A DNA stretch of 64,000 nucleotides. Origin: Flavobacteriales bacterium. Its GTDB lineage: Bacteria > Bacteroidota > Bacteroidia > Flavobacteriales_F > PHOS-HE28. Positions 30,810-40,328 of the stretch are shown here, piece by piece. The notes under the pieces are model-generated. The model saw nothing but the letters and a program-made list of their open reading frames with translations, searched no databases and was not told where the DNA came from. A program made the position numbers and the translations under genes. The stretch's first letter is position 1; each line of letters begins with the position of its first letter. The stretch covers positions 23,776-87,775 of the forward strand of contig DAOKZW010000006.1 in NCBI GenBank assembly GCA_035325445.1, in the 5' to 3' direction.

Positions 30810-32000
30810 TCAGATCACGCCGAGCTCCCTGCCCACCTTTTCGAAGGCGGCCAAGGCCTTTTCGATGTCCTGCGGTGAATGCGCCGCGCTGAGCTGCACC
30901 CGGATCCGGGCCTCACCCTTGGGCACCACGGGGTAGAAAAAGCCGATGACATAGATGCCCTGCTCGAGGAGTTTGTCGGCCATCACTTGGCTCAGCTTGG
31001 CATCGCCCAGCATCACCGGTATGATGGCTGCTCCGGCGCCCCGGGTCTTGAAGCCCAAGGCCTCGATGCCGGTGCGGAACTGGTTGACGTTGCGCTCCAG
31101 CTTGTCGTGCAGCTCGGTGGAGCTGCTGAGCAGGTCCACCACCCTGATGGAGGCACCCACGATGGCCGGGGCCAGCGAATTGCTGAACAGGTAGGGCCGC
31201 GACCGCTGCCTGAGCATTTCGATGATCTCCTTGCGGCCGGTGGTATAGCCGCCCATGGCGCCGCCCAGGGCCTTGCCCAAGGTGCTGGTGATGATGTCCA
31301 CGCGGCCCATCACGCCGCAATGCTCCACGCTGCCGCGGCCCGTTTTGCCAATGAAGCCGGTGGCATGGCTTTCGTCCACCATCACCAAGGCCTCGTACTT
31401 GTCCGCCAGGTCGCAGATGCCTTTGAGGTCGGCGATGATGCCGTCCATGCTGAACACGCCGTCGGTAACGATGACGATGTTGGCGGCCCCGTCGGCCCTG
31501 GCGGTTTTCAGCTGCACCTCCAGGTCGGCGAGGTCATTGTTCTTGTAGCGGTAGCGCATGGCCTTGCACAGGCGCACGCCATCGATGATGCTGGCATGGT
31601 TGAGGGCATCGCTGATGATGGCGTCCTCCTGGCCGAGCAGGGGCTCGAACACGCCTCCATTCGCATCGAAGCAAGCGGCATAGAGGATGGTATCCTCGGT
31701 GCCGTGGAATTCGGCGAGCTTATGCTCCAGCTCCTTGTGTATGTCCTGCGTGCCGCAGATGAAACGCACGCTGCTCATGCCATAGCCATGGGAATCCAAG
31801 GCGGCATGCGCGGCCTTGATCACCTCCGGGTGTGATGAGAGGCCCAAATAGTTGTTCGCGCAGAAGTTGAGCACGCGTTTCCCGTTGACGGTAATCTCCG
31901 CCCCTTGTTCGCTGGTGATGATGCGCTCCCTTTTGAAGAGGCCGGCCTCTCCGATGGCGGCCAATTCCTTGGCGAGGTGTTCCTTGAATTTTCCGTACAT
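30810..32000 (-). CDS. kbl: glycine C-acetyltransferase (2-amino-3-ketobutyrate CoA ligase)
   Basis: Full-length class-II aminotransferase of the Kbl/BioF type ([12 protein letters not shown] lysine in TLGKALGG); 396 aa. Confidence 0.85.
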   Translation of the reverse strand: MYGKFKEHLAKELAAIGEAGLFKRERIITSEQGAEITVNGKRVLNFCANNYLGLSSHPEVIKAAHAALDSHGYGMSSVRFICGTQDIHKELEHKLAEFHGTEDTILYAACFDANGGVFEPLLGQEDAIISDALNHASIIDGVRLCKAMRYRYKNNDLADLEVQLKTARADGAANIVIVTDGVFSMDGIIADLKGICDLADKYEALVMVDESHATGFIGKTGRGSVEHCGVMGRVDIITSTLGKALGGAMGGYTTGRKEIIEMLRQRSRPYLFSNSLAPAIVGASIRVVDLLSSSTELHDKLERNVNQFRTGIEALGFKTRGAGAAIIPVMLGDAKLSQVMADKLLEQGIYVIGFFYPVVPKGEARIRVQLSAAHSPQDIEKALAAFEKVGRELGVI

Positions 32001-32087
32001 GGATCGATGGATGGGATCGGTTGTTCAGATGTGTGGCAGGCGAATTTATCCTGTTCCTGTTGGGGAGCGGGAATAGCCTTGGCCGTG

Positions 32088-32378
32088 TCAGCCCACGACG
32101 CGGGGCACCTTGAAGTAATCGCTGTCCTTCACCGGCGCATTGGCCAAGGCCTGTTCCTTGGTGATCTCCATGGCTGGCTCGTCGGCCCGCAGGACATCCT
32201 CTCCCTCGGTCATGAAGATCAGGGGCTCCACACCCGTGGTGTCCACTTGCGCCAAGGTTTCCACAAAATCGAGGACCCGCTGCATATCGGCCAGCCTGGT
32301 TGCGCGCACGGCGGGATCCGTCAGGTCCAGTCGCGACAGCTCCGCAATACGGTCCAAGGCCTTTTCGTCGATCTTCAT
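32088..32378 (-). CDS. gatC: Asp-tRNA(Asn)/Glu-tRNA(Gln) amidotransferase subunit C
   Basis: MKIDEKALDRIAELSRLDLTD... 96-aa GatC. ATGA overlap with plsC stop (32375-32378). Confidence 0.85.
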   Translation of the reverse strand: MKIDEKALDRIAELSRLDLTDPAVRATRLADMQRVLDFVETLAQVDTTGVEPLIFMTEGEDVLRADEPAMEITKEQALANAPVKDSDYFKVPRVVG

Positions 32379-33199
32379 TTTTCGGGATATGCTTTGCGCA
32401 AAGGTGCTTCAATTGCCTCAAACACGTGTTGCCGCAGGGCATCCACATCGGCAGCGCCCAGCCCGGCGGTGGGTATCGGGGCATGCACCACGGCACGCGC
32501 CACCCCGGGGCGGCCCCAGCTCAGCGGCTTTTCCGGATCGCCGAACAGGTACCAGTTGTCCAGGAAGGTGATGGGCACCACGGGCACCTGCTTTTTCACG
32601 GCCAACCGGAAGGCCCCGTCCTTGAAAGGCAGCATGCGTGGTGCATCGGGCGAAATGGTCCCTTCGGGAAAGATGCTTACCGCGCTTCCCTGGTCCACGG
32701 CCATGCCCGCCTTCATCAGGGCCCGTGCAGCCTCCACGCCGTTGCCCCTGTTCACGGCGATGTGCATGTCCTTGAAGAAGATGTTGAACAAGGGCCATTC
32801 CAGCAACTCATGCTTGCCCATGAAAAGGAAATAGTCCGGCAACAGGCAGAACGCATGGATGATGTCCAGGTAGCTGGCATGGTTGATGCACACGATATAC
32901 GGTGGTGGTGGAAGCGGCTGCTCCCGTTGCACTTTCAGCGGCACCATGCCGGCCCAGGCGAGGAAATGCCCCCAAGCCTTCATCAACTTGAACGCCGCCG
33001 GATAGCGGGAGGGCTTGTGCAACAGGATTCGGAAAGGCACGTAGAGCAACACCATGGAGGAGCCGAAGACCAGGGCGAACCATAGCTTGAAAAGCAGGCG
33101 AAAGGGCAGGAACACCCATTTCCACAATGGTTTACGCAGGCTCTCACCTGCGGCCACCCGGGGCGGCAAGGTCGTATGCTGATGCACGGGCACGGACAA
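32375..33199 (-). CDS. plsC: 1-acyl-sn-glycerol-3-phosphate acyltransferase family protein
   Basis: HxxxxD acyltransferase motif (CINHASYLD) and FPEGT motif. Confidence 0.75.
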   Translation of the reverse strand: MSVPVHQHTTLPPRVAAGESLRKPLWKWVFLPFRLLFKLWFALVFGSSMVLLYVPFRILLHKPSRYPAAFKLMKAWGHFLAWAGMVPLKVQREQPLPPPPYIVCINHASYLDIIHAFCLLPDYFLFMGKHELLEWPLFNIFFKDMHIAVNRGNGVEAARALMKAGMAVDQGSAVSIFPEGTISPDAPRMLPFKDGAFRLAVKKQVPVVPITFLDNWYLFGDPEKPLSWGRPGVARAVVHAPIPTAGLGAADVDALRQHVFEAIEAPLRKAYPEK

Positions 33200-33285
33200 C
33201 AGGTCTAAAAAGAAGGGCGAAGCTACCTTCTATCTTCGTGCCCTTTCACGGTTAGCCACCCGTTCATAGTGGCCCTTCCCTTCCG

Positions 33286-34254
33286 ATGCGAATCCTCACC
33301 GGCATACAAAGCACCGGGGTTCCCCACTTGGGCAACCTGCTGGGCGCCATTCTTCCGGCCATTTCCATGGGCCGCACCCCGGGCAATGATGCGTTCCACT
33401 TCATCGCCGACCTGCACTCGTTCACCACGGTGCGCGACCCGCAGGCGCTGCGGGAGAACACATACGCTGTGGCGGCGGCGTGGCTGGCATGCGGGCTCGA
33501 TGTGGACCGGGTGACCTTCTATCGGCAGAGCGACGTGCCGGAGGTGACCGAACTGGCGTGGTACCTGGGTTGTCTCACCCCCTACCCCATGCTGGCCAAT
33601 GCACATTCCTTCAAGGACAAGAGCGGCAACGTGAGCCAAGTGAACGCGGGGCTGTTCTACTACCCCGTCCTGATGGCGGCGGACATCCTGCTGTACGATG
33701 CCGAAGTGGTGCCCGTGGGCAAGGACCAGAAACAGCACTTGGAGATCACGCGCGACATGGCCGGGGCGTTCAACCGGCTATACGGGGAAGACACCTTCGT
33801 GGTGCCGGAGGCACGCATCGATGAGCAGCTGATGACCATCCCCGGCACGGACGGGCGGAAGATGAGCAAGAGCTACAACAACACCATCAACATTTTCCTG
33901 CCCGAAAAGGACCTGAAGAAGCAGGTGATGGGGATCGTGACGGACAGCAAGGCCCTGGAAGACCCCAAGGACCCGGCCACGGACAATGTTTTCCAGCTCT
34001 TCAAGCTGGTGGCCCCGCCCGCGGCGGTGGCCGAGATGGAAACGAAATACCGGGCCGGGGGATATGGGTACGGCCATGCCAAGAAGGAGCTGCTATCGGT
34101 GCTCACGGAACGCTTCGCACACGAGCGTTCCACGTTCCAACGGTTGATGGCCGACCGGGCTGAGCTGGACAAGCAACTGGCCATCGGTGCCGAAAAGGCA
34201 CGCTCGGTGGCGGGCCGGACGCTCGACCGGGTGCGGCAAAGGGCCGGCTACTGA
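33286..34254 (+). CDS. trpS: tryptophan--tRNA ligase
   Basis: Class I HIGH (PHLGN) and KMSKS (KMSKS present). 322 aa. Confidence 0.95.
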   Translation: MRILTGIQSTGVPHLGNLLGAILPAISMGRTPGNDAFHFIADLHSFTTVRDPQALRENTYAVAAAWLACGLDVDRVTFYRQSDVPEVTELAWYLGCLTPYPMLANAHSFKDKSGNVSQVNAGLFYYPVLMAADILLYDAEVVPVGKDQKQHLEITRDMAGAFNRLYGEDTFVVPEARIDEQLMTIPGTDGRKMSKSYNNTINIFLPEKDLKKQVMGIVTDSKALEDPKDPATDNVFQLFKLVAPPAAVAEMETKYRAGGYGYGHAKKELLSVLTERFAHERSTFQRLMADRAELDKQLAIGAEKARSVAGRTLDRVRQRAGY

Positions 34255-34377
34255 GGATCGCCGCCTGTCCGATTGTTGATAACCTGTGCAAGACACGGGG
34301 CACCTGTTTTCCTGAAGCGCCATTACCTTGGCCATGAACTTCCTGGCATGTGGCCCGGAATAAAAAAACCAATTGAA

Positions 34378-34533
34378 ATGGCAGCAGCAGTAGAAGCGTA
34401 TTGCGTAAAGTGCAAGGCTAAGCGGAACATGAGGGACGCCGCCCAAGTCACCATGGCCAACGGCCGCAAGGCCATGAAAGGCAAGTGTCCCGAGTGCGGT
34501 ACGGGCATGTTCAAGATCTTGGGCAAGGCCTAA
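34378..34533 (+). CDS. small zinc-ribbon protein (DUF5679-like)
   Basis: 51 aa, MAAAVEAYCVKCKAKRNM...KGKCPECGTGMFKI with a CxxC...CxxC pattern. The longer 86-aa ORF is rejected as an N-terminal extension. Confidence 0.45.
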   Translation: MAAAVEAYCVKCKAKRNMRDAAQVTMANGRKAMKGKCPECGTGMFKILGKA

Positions 34534-34601
34534 CCTTGGGAAGTTCCTTCCGTTTCAGGGGCACGGAAACATCCCCGCTTCCCGGCATTTGATGGAATTG
34601 C

Positions 34602-35381
34602 ATGAAACGGATCGTTTTTCCCGCCCGCAAAACCACGAGGATCCTCTTTTTGATATTGGGGGTACTCGTGGTTTTGCATCTTTTTGTGGCATTCTGCCAT
34701 TTGGTGCTGCATGTGCGTGTAGGTGCCCTGACCGAGTTGGTGGACCTGGACCTTGAGTCGAACCTTCCCACCTTCTTCAACGCGCTGCTTTTCTTCGTCG
34801 GGTCGGCATTGCTGTACCTGCATGGCCGTGCGGGCGATGCCAAACAGGGCAAAGGCTGGGCCGCCATGGCCTTGATCTTCGTGTTCCTCGGCCTTGATGA
34901 AGGCTCGCAGATCCATGAAAAATTCATGGGGTTCACACAGCGCTTGCTGGCCCGCGGCCAGATCGGGGAAGAGGCCGGCAGCTGGCTGTTGAATGCGTGG
35001 GTGGTGCCCTACGTGTTGGCCTTGGGGGTGTTGGCGTTCATCCTTTGGCGCTGGTTCTGGCGCCTGGCCCCGTCGTTGCGGAAGGGGTTGTTGATCAGCG
35101 GCGGCGTGTACGTTTTCGGTGCCGTGGGCATGGAGATGGCCGGTTCCAAGCTGATCGCCACGCTGCCGGGGCAGGATGCATCGGCCTTTCCATGGCTTCC
35201 CTGCGATCTTTACGGCGATCCCTCGGGCTGTTGGCTGTTCATGGAGCCACGCTATATCCTGCTGTATACCTTGGAGGAAGTGGGCGAGATGACGGGCCTG
35301 ATCCTGTGCATCCGTACCCTCTTGCGGCATTTCGAGGCCAACGGGACCCAGCTGTCCCTGTCCTTGGCCAAGGCGGAATAG
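34602..35381 (+). CDS. hypothetical polytopic membrane protein
   Basis: 259 aa with ~7 hydrophobic helices; no recognisable motif. Confidence 0.5.
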   Translation: MKRIVFPARKTTRILFLILGVLVVLHLFVAFCHLVLHVRVGALTELVDLDLESNLPTFFNALLFFVGSALLYLHGRAGDAKQGKGWAAMALIFVFLGLDEGSQIHEKFMGFTQRLLARGQIGEEAGSWLLNAWVVPYVLALGVLAFILWRWFWRLAPSLRKGLLISGGVYVFGAVGMEMAGSKLIATLPGQDASAFPWLPCDLYGDPSGCWLFMEPRYILLYTLEEVGEMTGLILCIRTLLRHFEANGTQLSLSLAKAE

Positions 35382-35388
35382 GCCCGTC

Positions 35389-36501
35389 TCAAACGAACCT
35401 TTCACGGATGATCTTCCCCGATGTGGTGCGGGCGAATTTGGCCAGCGCCACGATGCGGCGGGGCCATTGGTGCTCGGGGAGCACCTTCATCAGCACGGGC
35501 ACCACGTCATCGATCACCTCCTCGGAGTCACGATCGGTTTCCAGCACCATGGCCACGGCCTGCCCAAGCACGGCATCATCCATGGGGATGAAATAATGCG
35601 GGTAAGGCACCATGCCGGCGGTGCTCCTCTCCATCTGTTCCGGATAGAACTTCTTGCCCCCACTCAGGATCACGTTGTCGATGCGGCCCAACCACCGGAA
35701 ATTCCGGTCATCGACCAGGTCCACCAGGTCGTTGGTGACGTGCCGCTTCCGGGTGAGGTGCGGTGTGTTGACCACCAAGCAGCCCCGTTCATCCAATGCG
35801 AACGTTATCCGGCCGATGGCGTGGTAGGCGGCCTCCGGCTGCGGCCCGTTGAGCCTTCGCAAGGCCACGTGGGTCACCGTTTCGGTGCTGCCATACCCAT
35901 GGAACACGGCCGTTCCTAGCCCCTGCACGTCCTCCTCCAAAGCTTGGCTGACGGGCCCTCCGCCCAAGAGGACCGTATCGAACTGCCGTTCCACGCGCGG
36001 CTTGTCCTCTTGGATGGCCCTATGCAACTGCAAGGGCACCATGGCGGTGAAACGGAAGCGGTCCTGCACGCCGCCCAAATTGTCCAACACCGATCCCCGT
36101 GGGCCGATCACATGCAGGTCAAGGCCCAAGGCCATGGCACGCACGACCATCATCTTGCCTGCGATGTACTCACAGGGAAGGCACAGCAGCACCCGATCTC
36201 CTTCGTGCAGCCCGAATGTTTCGGCGGTGAGCCTTGCGCTGTTCACCAGGTCCCTGCGCGGCAGGCTGATCATCTTGGGCGGACCGGTGGTGCCGCTGGT
36301 GGCCACGCGCAAGGAACCGTCTTGGATGGCGAGGTCGAAAACCAGGTCGCAGAGGTCATCCATCCAGGCCTCATCCTCCATGGACCGCTTGCGTTGCCTG
36401 AAATGTTCGACGGCCCCGGGTCCGTCGAACGTCACGCCGTCCACGGTGAGCCGGTTGAAGGACTCCCCGATGCTGTACTTGTATCTCCGGCCGGTGCCCA
36501 T
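35389..36501 (-). CDS. menE: AMP-dependent ligase, probable O-succinylbenzoate-CoA ligase
   Basis: AMP-binding motif TSGTTGPPK. Sits in the men cluster. Start set at MGTGRRYKYS, 1 nt after the menC stop. Confidence 0.65.
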   Translation of the reverse strand: MGTGRRYKYSIGESFNRLTVDGVTFDGPGAVEHFRQRKRSMEDEAWMDDLCDLVFDLAIQDGSLRVATSGTTGPPKMISLPRRDLVNSARLTAETFGLHEGDRVLLCLPCEYIAGKMMVVRAMALGLDLHVIGPRGSVLDNLGGVQDRFRFTAMVPLQLHRAIQEDKPRVERQFDTVLLGGGPVSQALEEDVQGLGTAVFHGYGSTETVTHVALRRLNGPQPEAAYHAIGRITFALDERGCLVVNTPHLTRKRHVTNDLVDLVDDRNFRWLGRIDNVILSGGKKFYPEQMERSTAGMVPYPHYFIPMDDAVLGQAVAMVLETDRDSEEVIDDVVPVLMKVLPEHQWPRRIVALAKFARTTSGKIIRERFV

Positions 36502-36502
36502 G

Positions 36503-37585
36503 TCAGAACCCCAGGCCCGCCGGCCTTGCTGGGAGGTGTATGCGGTGCAGGTCCCATGCCTCTTCCGGCCGGTACCACAGCTGGGCATCCTTCACGGCAA
36601 GTGGTGATGGTATGTTGTCCAAGTACACGCTGCCCGTGCCCAGTCCTTGCGTGCCACGGGCATTGAGGGTGGCGGCCCACTGCGCGATGGCGTTCAGCCC
36701 TATGCTGCTTTCCAGGGCCGAGGTGATCCACCAGCCGATGTTCCTTTCTTCCGCCAGATCGATCCATTCCCGGGCTGCGGCCCAGCCGCCCACCAAGGAA
36801 GGCTTGATCACGATGTATTGGGGCTTCACATTGTCCAGCAGATCCTGCTTCGCCCCCAACGAATGCAGGCCGATCAGGTCTTCGTCCAAGGCGATCGGCA
36901 CGGGCGTGGCGGCGCAGATCTCGGCCATCACCTCGAACAGGCCCTGCCCCACGGGCTGTTCAATGCTTTCCACCTCCAAGGCCGCCAACCGCTCCAACAC
37001 GGGCATCACGTTCTGGTGGGTGAAGGCCCCGTTGGCATCCACGCGCAGGGTAAGCTCATGGGCGGGAAAGTATTTGCGCACCTCGGCCAACAGCTCCAGC
37101 TCATCCTCGATGCCGATGGCCCCGACCTTCATCTTCACGCAGCGGTTACCGCCGTCGATCTGCGCCTGGATGCGTTCGCGCATCGTGGCCTTGTCGCCCA
37201 TCCAGACCAGGCCGTTGATGGGGATGCCCTTGCGGCCCAAGGTGAAGTCTGACGGGAACAGGATCTTGCTGCCGCTGGCCCGCAGGTCGCGCAGGCACTG
37301 CTCCACCGCAAAGCGCACGCTGGGCACGTGCACCAGATCGTGCCGCAGGCGGTCCTCCCAGTCGGTGGTGTTGGCGCACAGCTCCACCAGCTTGGTGCGC
37401 ACGTCCGCCGGAAACTCCATGCTGTGGCCGGGGAACGGGGCCGCCTCACCGATGCCCTTCACCTCCGGGCGATCCTTGTGCCAAGCCACCAGGTACCAGA
37501 CCGTGCGCTCGTGCAGCACCCCCTTGCTGGTGCCCAGCGGGAAGCGCGGCGTGAAGGTGACCTCTTTCCAAACGGCTTCGATCAT
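36503..37585 (-). CDS. menC: o-succinylbenzoate synthase (enolase superfamily)
   Basis: MR/MLE-type residues KMKVG, RVDANGAF, ESIEQP, IALDED. Start MIEAVWKEV overlaps the menA stop (ATGA 37582-37585). The 167-aa N-terminal ORF extension is rejected. Confidence 0.7.
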   Translation of the reverse strand: MIEAVWKEVTFTPRFPLGTSKGVLHERTVWYLVAWHKDRPEVKGIGEAAPFPGHSMEFPADVRTKLVELCANTTDWEDRLRHDLVHVPSVRFAVEQCLRDLRASGSKILFPSDFTLGRKGIPINGLVWMGDKATMRERIQAQIDGGNRCVKMKVGAIGIEDELELLAEVRKYFPAHELTLRVDANGAFTHQNVMPVLERLAALEVESIEQPVGQGLFEVMAEICAATPVPIALDEDLIGLHSLGAKQDLLDNVKPQYIVIKPSLVGGWAAAREWIDLAEERNIGWWITSALESSIGLNAIAQWAATLNARGTQGLGTGSVYLDNIPSPLAVKDAQLWYRPEEAWDLHRIHLPARPAGLGF

Positions 37586-38475
37586 GGGGCAATAACCAAC
37601 CCCAAAGAAAAGAGCAATGCAACAATGAGGGTGGTCAACGCCAACACCTTGAGCTGCGGGTCCAATGCGCGCGGCTCCTGGTTCTTGAGCACGGTGCGCA
37701 GGTGGCGGTCGAAGAATGGGAAGGCGATGATGAACAAGTATTGCCACCACGAGCGGAAGCTGATGGCGGTGAAGACCACCAAGCAGGCAAAGCCCACGAG
37801 CACCAATGCCGCATGATAGGCCTTGGCCCTTGCGGGGCCCAAGCGGACGGCCACGGTGCGCTTGCCGCTGGCGGCATCGTTCTCCACGTCGCGCATGTTG
37901 TTGAGATTGAGGACGCCGGTGGCCAACAAGCCCATGCCTACTGCGGGAAAGAAGACGATGGGTGTAAGGCGCAGCGCATGCAGGTAATAGGTGCCCCCCA
38001 CGCCCAGCAGGCCGAAAAAGAGCAGCACGCTGATGTCGCCGAGGCCGGCATATCCGTACGGGTTGCTTCCGTATGTGTACCACACCGCCGCAGCGATGGC
38101 CGCCAGCCCGAGCAGCAGAAAGAGCAGCGTGGTGATGGAGAAGCCAAGTGCATGGATGATCAACGCCAAGCCCGACATGAATGATAACAGGCCGCAGACC
38201 CAGATGGCCCTCTTCATGGCGGCCGGCGAGATGGCCCCGCTCTGCACCGCACGCTCCGGTCCTACCCGTTGCTGGTTATCCGTGCCATGCAGGTGATCCC
38301 CCAGATCATTGGCCAGGTTGCTGAGCACCTGCAGCAGCACGGCGGTGAGCAGTGCCAACAGGAACACCGGCCAGCGGAAGGCCCCTTCAAACGCGGCCAC
38401 CCCGCTGCCGGTGATGATGCCGCTCATGGCCAAGGGCAGGGTGCGGGGGCGGAAGGCGTGGAGCCAGGGATTCAT
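37582..38475 (-). CDS. menA: 1,4-dihydroxy-2-naphthoate polyprenyltransferase (UbiA family)
   Basis: UbiA motif NLANDLGDHLHGTD. ~8 TM helices. Start chosen at MNPWLHAF. Confidence 0.75.
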   Translation of the reverse strand: MNPWLHAFRPRTLPLAMSGIITGSGVAAFEGAFRWPVFLLALLTAVLLQVLSNLANDLGDHLHGTDNQQRVGPERAVQSGAISPAAMKRAIWVCGLLSFMSGLALIIHALGFSITTLLFLLLGLAAIAAAVWYTYGSNPYGYAGLGDISVLLFFGLLGVGGTYYLHALRLTPIVFFPAVGMGLLATGVLNLNNMRDVENDAASGKRTVAVRLGPARAKAYHAALVLVGFACLVVFTAISFRSWWQYLFIIAFPFFDRHLRTVLKNQEPRALDPQLKVLALTTLIVALLFSLGLVIAP

Positions 38476-38585
38476 GGCGGGGCGCAAGGTATTGGTCCCC
38501 GCCGGGTTCGCGATGCGTGACCCGGCGGGGATAGGAGTTGCATTCCCTTGCCACCTTCGGCCCGGAACATTACGTAACTTCACGC

Positions 38586-38600
38586 GTTCAATACGTGAAC
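38586..38600. promoter_or_regulatory. palindromic operator-like motif GTTCAA-TAC-GTGAAC (plus upstream TTCAC half-site) immediately 5' of the antitoxin start
   Basis: Seen in sequence 4 nt before the ATG at 38604. Typical position for a TA autoregulatory operator. Confidence 0.4.
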
Positions 38601-38603
38601 CCG

Positions 38604-38822
38604 ATGACCGTGAAGCTCACCTTGTCCGTCCCGCCGAAGTTCAAAAAGACGGCGGCCATGCTCAGTCGCCGACGCAAGAAGAGCATTTCCGCCCTGGTGG
38701 TGGAGTTGATCGAGCGCGAGGCGGAAAAGGACAAGGACCGATATGCCGAGATCCGGGGTATATGGAAGGACCGCGACATCACCGCTGAAGAAATCCGCGA
38801 GCGCGCATGGAAACGGTCCTGA
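38604..38822 (+). CDS. type II antitoxin (VapB-like) of VapBC pair
   Basis: 73-aa basic/charged protein MTVKLTLSVPPKFKK... Overlaps the PIN toxin start by 16 nt. Confidence 0.5.
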   Translation: MTVKLTLSVPPKFKKTAAMLSRRRKKSISALVVELIEREAEKDKDRYAEIRGIWKDRDITAEEIRERAWKRS

Positions 38823-39184
38823 TCGATACCAGCATCCTGGTCGGCCTGGCCCGGAATGAAGCAGCCGCCGACAGCGCCCTGGCCCGCGTGGGCGATGCCC
38901 TCCAAGTGATCTGCGACGTGGTGCTCGCCGAAATGCTGGACGGCGCGCGGAACGAGGCGGAGCACGACCGCTTCTTCGCATATTTCAACAAGAACTTCGA
39001 GATCCTTCCACTAACGATGGAAGTGTCCCTGCGCTTCCGGGAGATCCTCCGCTCAACCGGCAAGGAGCGGGGCAAGCACCTCGCCGACTACCTGATCGCC
39101 GCCACGGCGATAGCGCATGACGTGCCGTTGCTCACCTTGAACACCAAGCATTTCAAGGGCATCAAGGGCTTGCAATTGGCTTGA
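38807..39184 (+). CDS. vapC: PIN-domain toxin VapC
   Basis: PIN acidic residues: VLIDTSIL (D6), ...EMLDG..., ...LIAATAIAHDVPLLTLN (D). 125 aa. Confidence 0.8.
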   Translation: METVLIDTSILVGLARNEAAADSALARVGDALQVICDVVLAEMLDGARNEAEHDRFFAYFNKNFEILPLTMEVSLRFREILRSTGKERGKHLADYLIAATAIAHDVPLLTLNTKHFKGIKGLQLA

Positions 39185-39240
39185 GAAGCCCATACGTGCA
39201 TCATTCGAAAAGGTGGTAACAGAAGGGAATCCCACTACTC

Positions 39241-39393
39241 TTGGTCCAACTCAACCACGAAGTGGTCGGGGAACGGGTCGGCGTGCTGAGCAAGTTCCCG
39301 TTCCGGGTGGTATACGAGGTTGACGGTTACGAGGTGATCATTTACCGCGTGGTACACATGAGGCGCAGGCCACACGAACGGTTCAGGCCGTAA
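39241..39393 (+). pseudogene. RelE/ParE-family toxin, C-terminal half only (truncated remnant)
   Basis: Own translation of + strand: ...GERVGVLSKFPFRVVYEVDGYEVIIYRVVHMRRRPHERFRP*. The RelE/ParE C-terminal signature is present but there is no N-terminal half or ATG. The overlapping - strand ORF 39235-39525 is rejected. Confidence 0.4.
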
Positions 39394-39737
39394 GGAAGGC
39401 TTCCTCGAGCGCAACCAGCCCTCTGCTACCCACAACCACTGGCCGCCGATGGCAGCGTACGGGGCTTGGAAGCGTTCAGGCCTGTACCTATCGGACCGTG
39501 TCGTGCATGGCCCCGCACTTTTCACTTCAACTGCTTCGTGCTATATTTATCCTATCAACGATCCACCCCATCACAAAGGCACTCCCGCCCATGCCTATTG
39601 GCGGCTAGACGCAATGCGCATTTTGCACTTCAGATTCAGTATGTCGCTGATCGTTAGGACGGTACAGCAAAACAGACACCCCGTTCAGTTGCGTCTATTA
39701 ACGAGTTAGCGGGCATTATAATGACAGACAGCCGGCA

Positions 39738-40328
39738 ATGAATATTTGGATAATAATTTTGGCAGTCCTAGTCTATGCGTTCTACGATCTCCCTTTGGAA
39801 ATTACGGATACTTTTTTGGCATATTTAATTCCCTTCATCATATCAATAGTTTGTTTAGCTACATTGATTTTAAACTTTCGGACTATTTCTTTATTAACAT
39901 ATAAACATAAGGTAATTGCAAGGTTTTTTAACTGGGTAGCTACAATTGTTTTTAGCGCTATGACTTTGTGGAACTTTCCAATCCCTGTTGACAGAGGTTA
40001 TCGTAACAAAAACTGGACTGACATTGATATGCTTATTAACCCTAACAATCTGACAGAACAATACGTTCGACAACATATAGAATTTGGTGGTTCCGATATG
40101 CCGGGACAAAATGTCAAGGTTCAAAAAATAAACTCATGGCTACGTTGGCGACATCACGCTGACACAAAAAAATTAAATGGACAATGGTTATTCATTGATA
40201 ATTCAAATAATGGATATAACAGCCCACCATTTAACTTAGACGAAACCAAAATTGACTATGACAGGGATAAACAAAAAGCAAAGCTTGTTACAATTGTAAA
40301 TGGACGAGTGGAACATAACGCCCGCTAA
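39738..40328 (+). CDS. hypothetical membrane protein encoded in an AT-rich (~35% GC) foreign segment
   Basis: 196 aa with three N-terminal TM helices and an Asn/Lys-rich soluble C-terminal domain. Strong compositional contrast with the ~65% GC surroundings. TATAAT hexamer at 39716-39721. Confidence 0.55.
   Translation: MNIWIIILAVLVYAFYDLPLEITDTFLAYLIPFIISIVCLATLILNFRTISLLTYKHKVIARFFNWVATIVFSAMTLWNFPIPVDRGYRNKNWTDIDMLINPNNLTEQYVRQHIEFGGSDMPGQNVKVQKINSWLRWRHHADTKKLNGQWLFIDNSNNGYNSPPFNLDETKIDYDRDKQKAKLVTIVNGRVEHNAR

Noticed and set aside
36506-38083. Long versions of the menC (526 aa) and menA (333 aa) ORFs
   Set aside because: The N-terminal extensions overlap neighbouring men genes and are compositionally aberrant. 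Internal starts produce ATGA coupling and proteins of canonical length.
39235-39525. 96-aa minus-strand ORF in the islet
   Set aside because: The opposite strand encodes a recognisable RelE/ParE C-terminal fragment over the same bases. The minus-strand product has no features.
39449-39709. 86-aa plus-strand ORF in the non-coding part of the islet, with a 9-bp inverted repeat TAGACGCAA/TTGCGTCTA (39606-39614 / 39689-39697)
   Set aside because: No start context, low-complexity product and mixed composition. A 9-bp inverted repeat at this spacing is expected many times by chance in 64 kb. Noted only as possible regulatory DNA for the downstream AT-rich gene.
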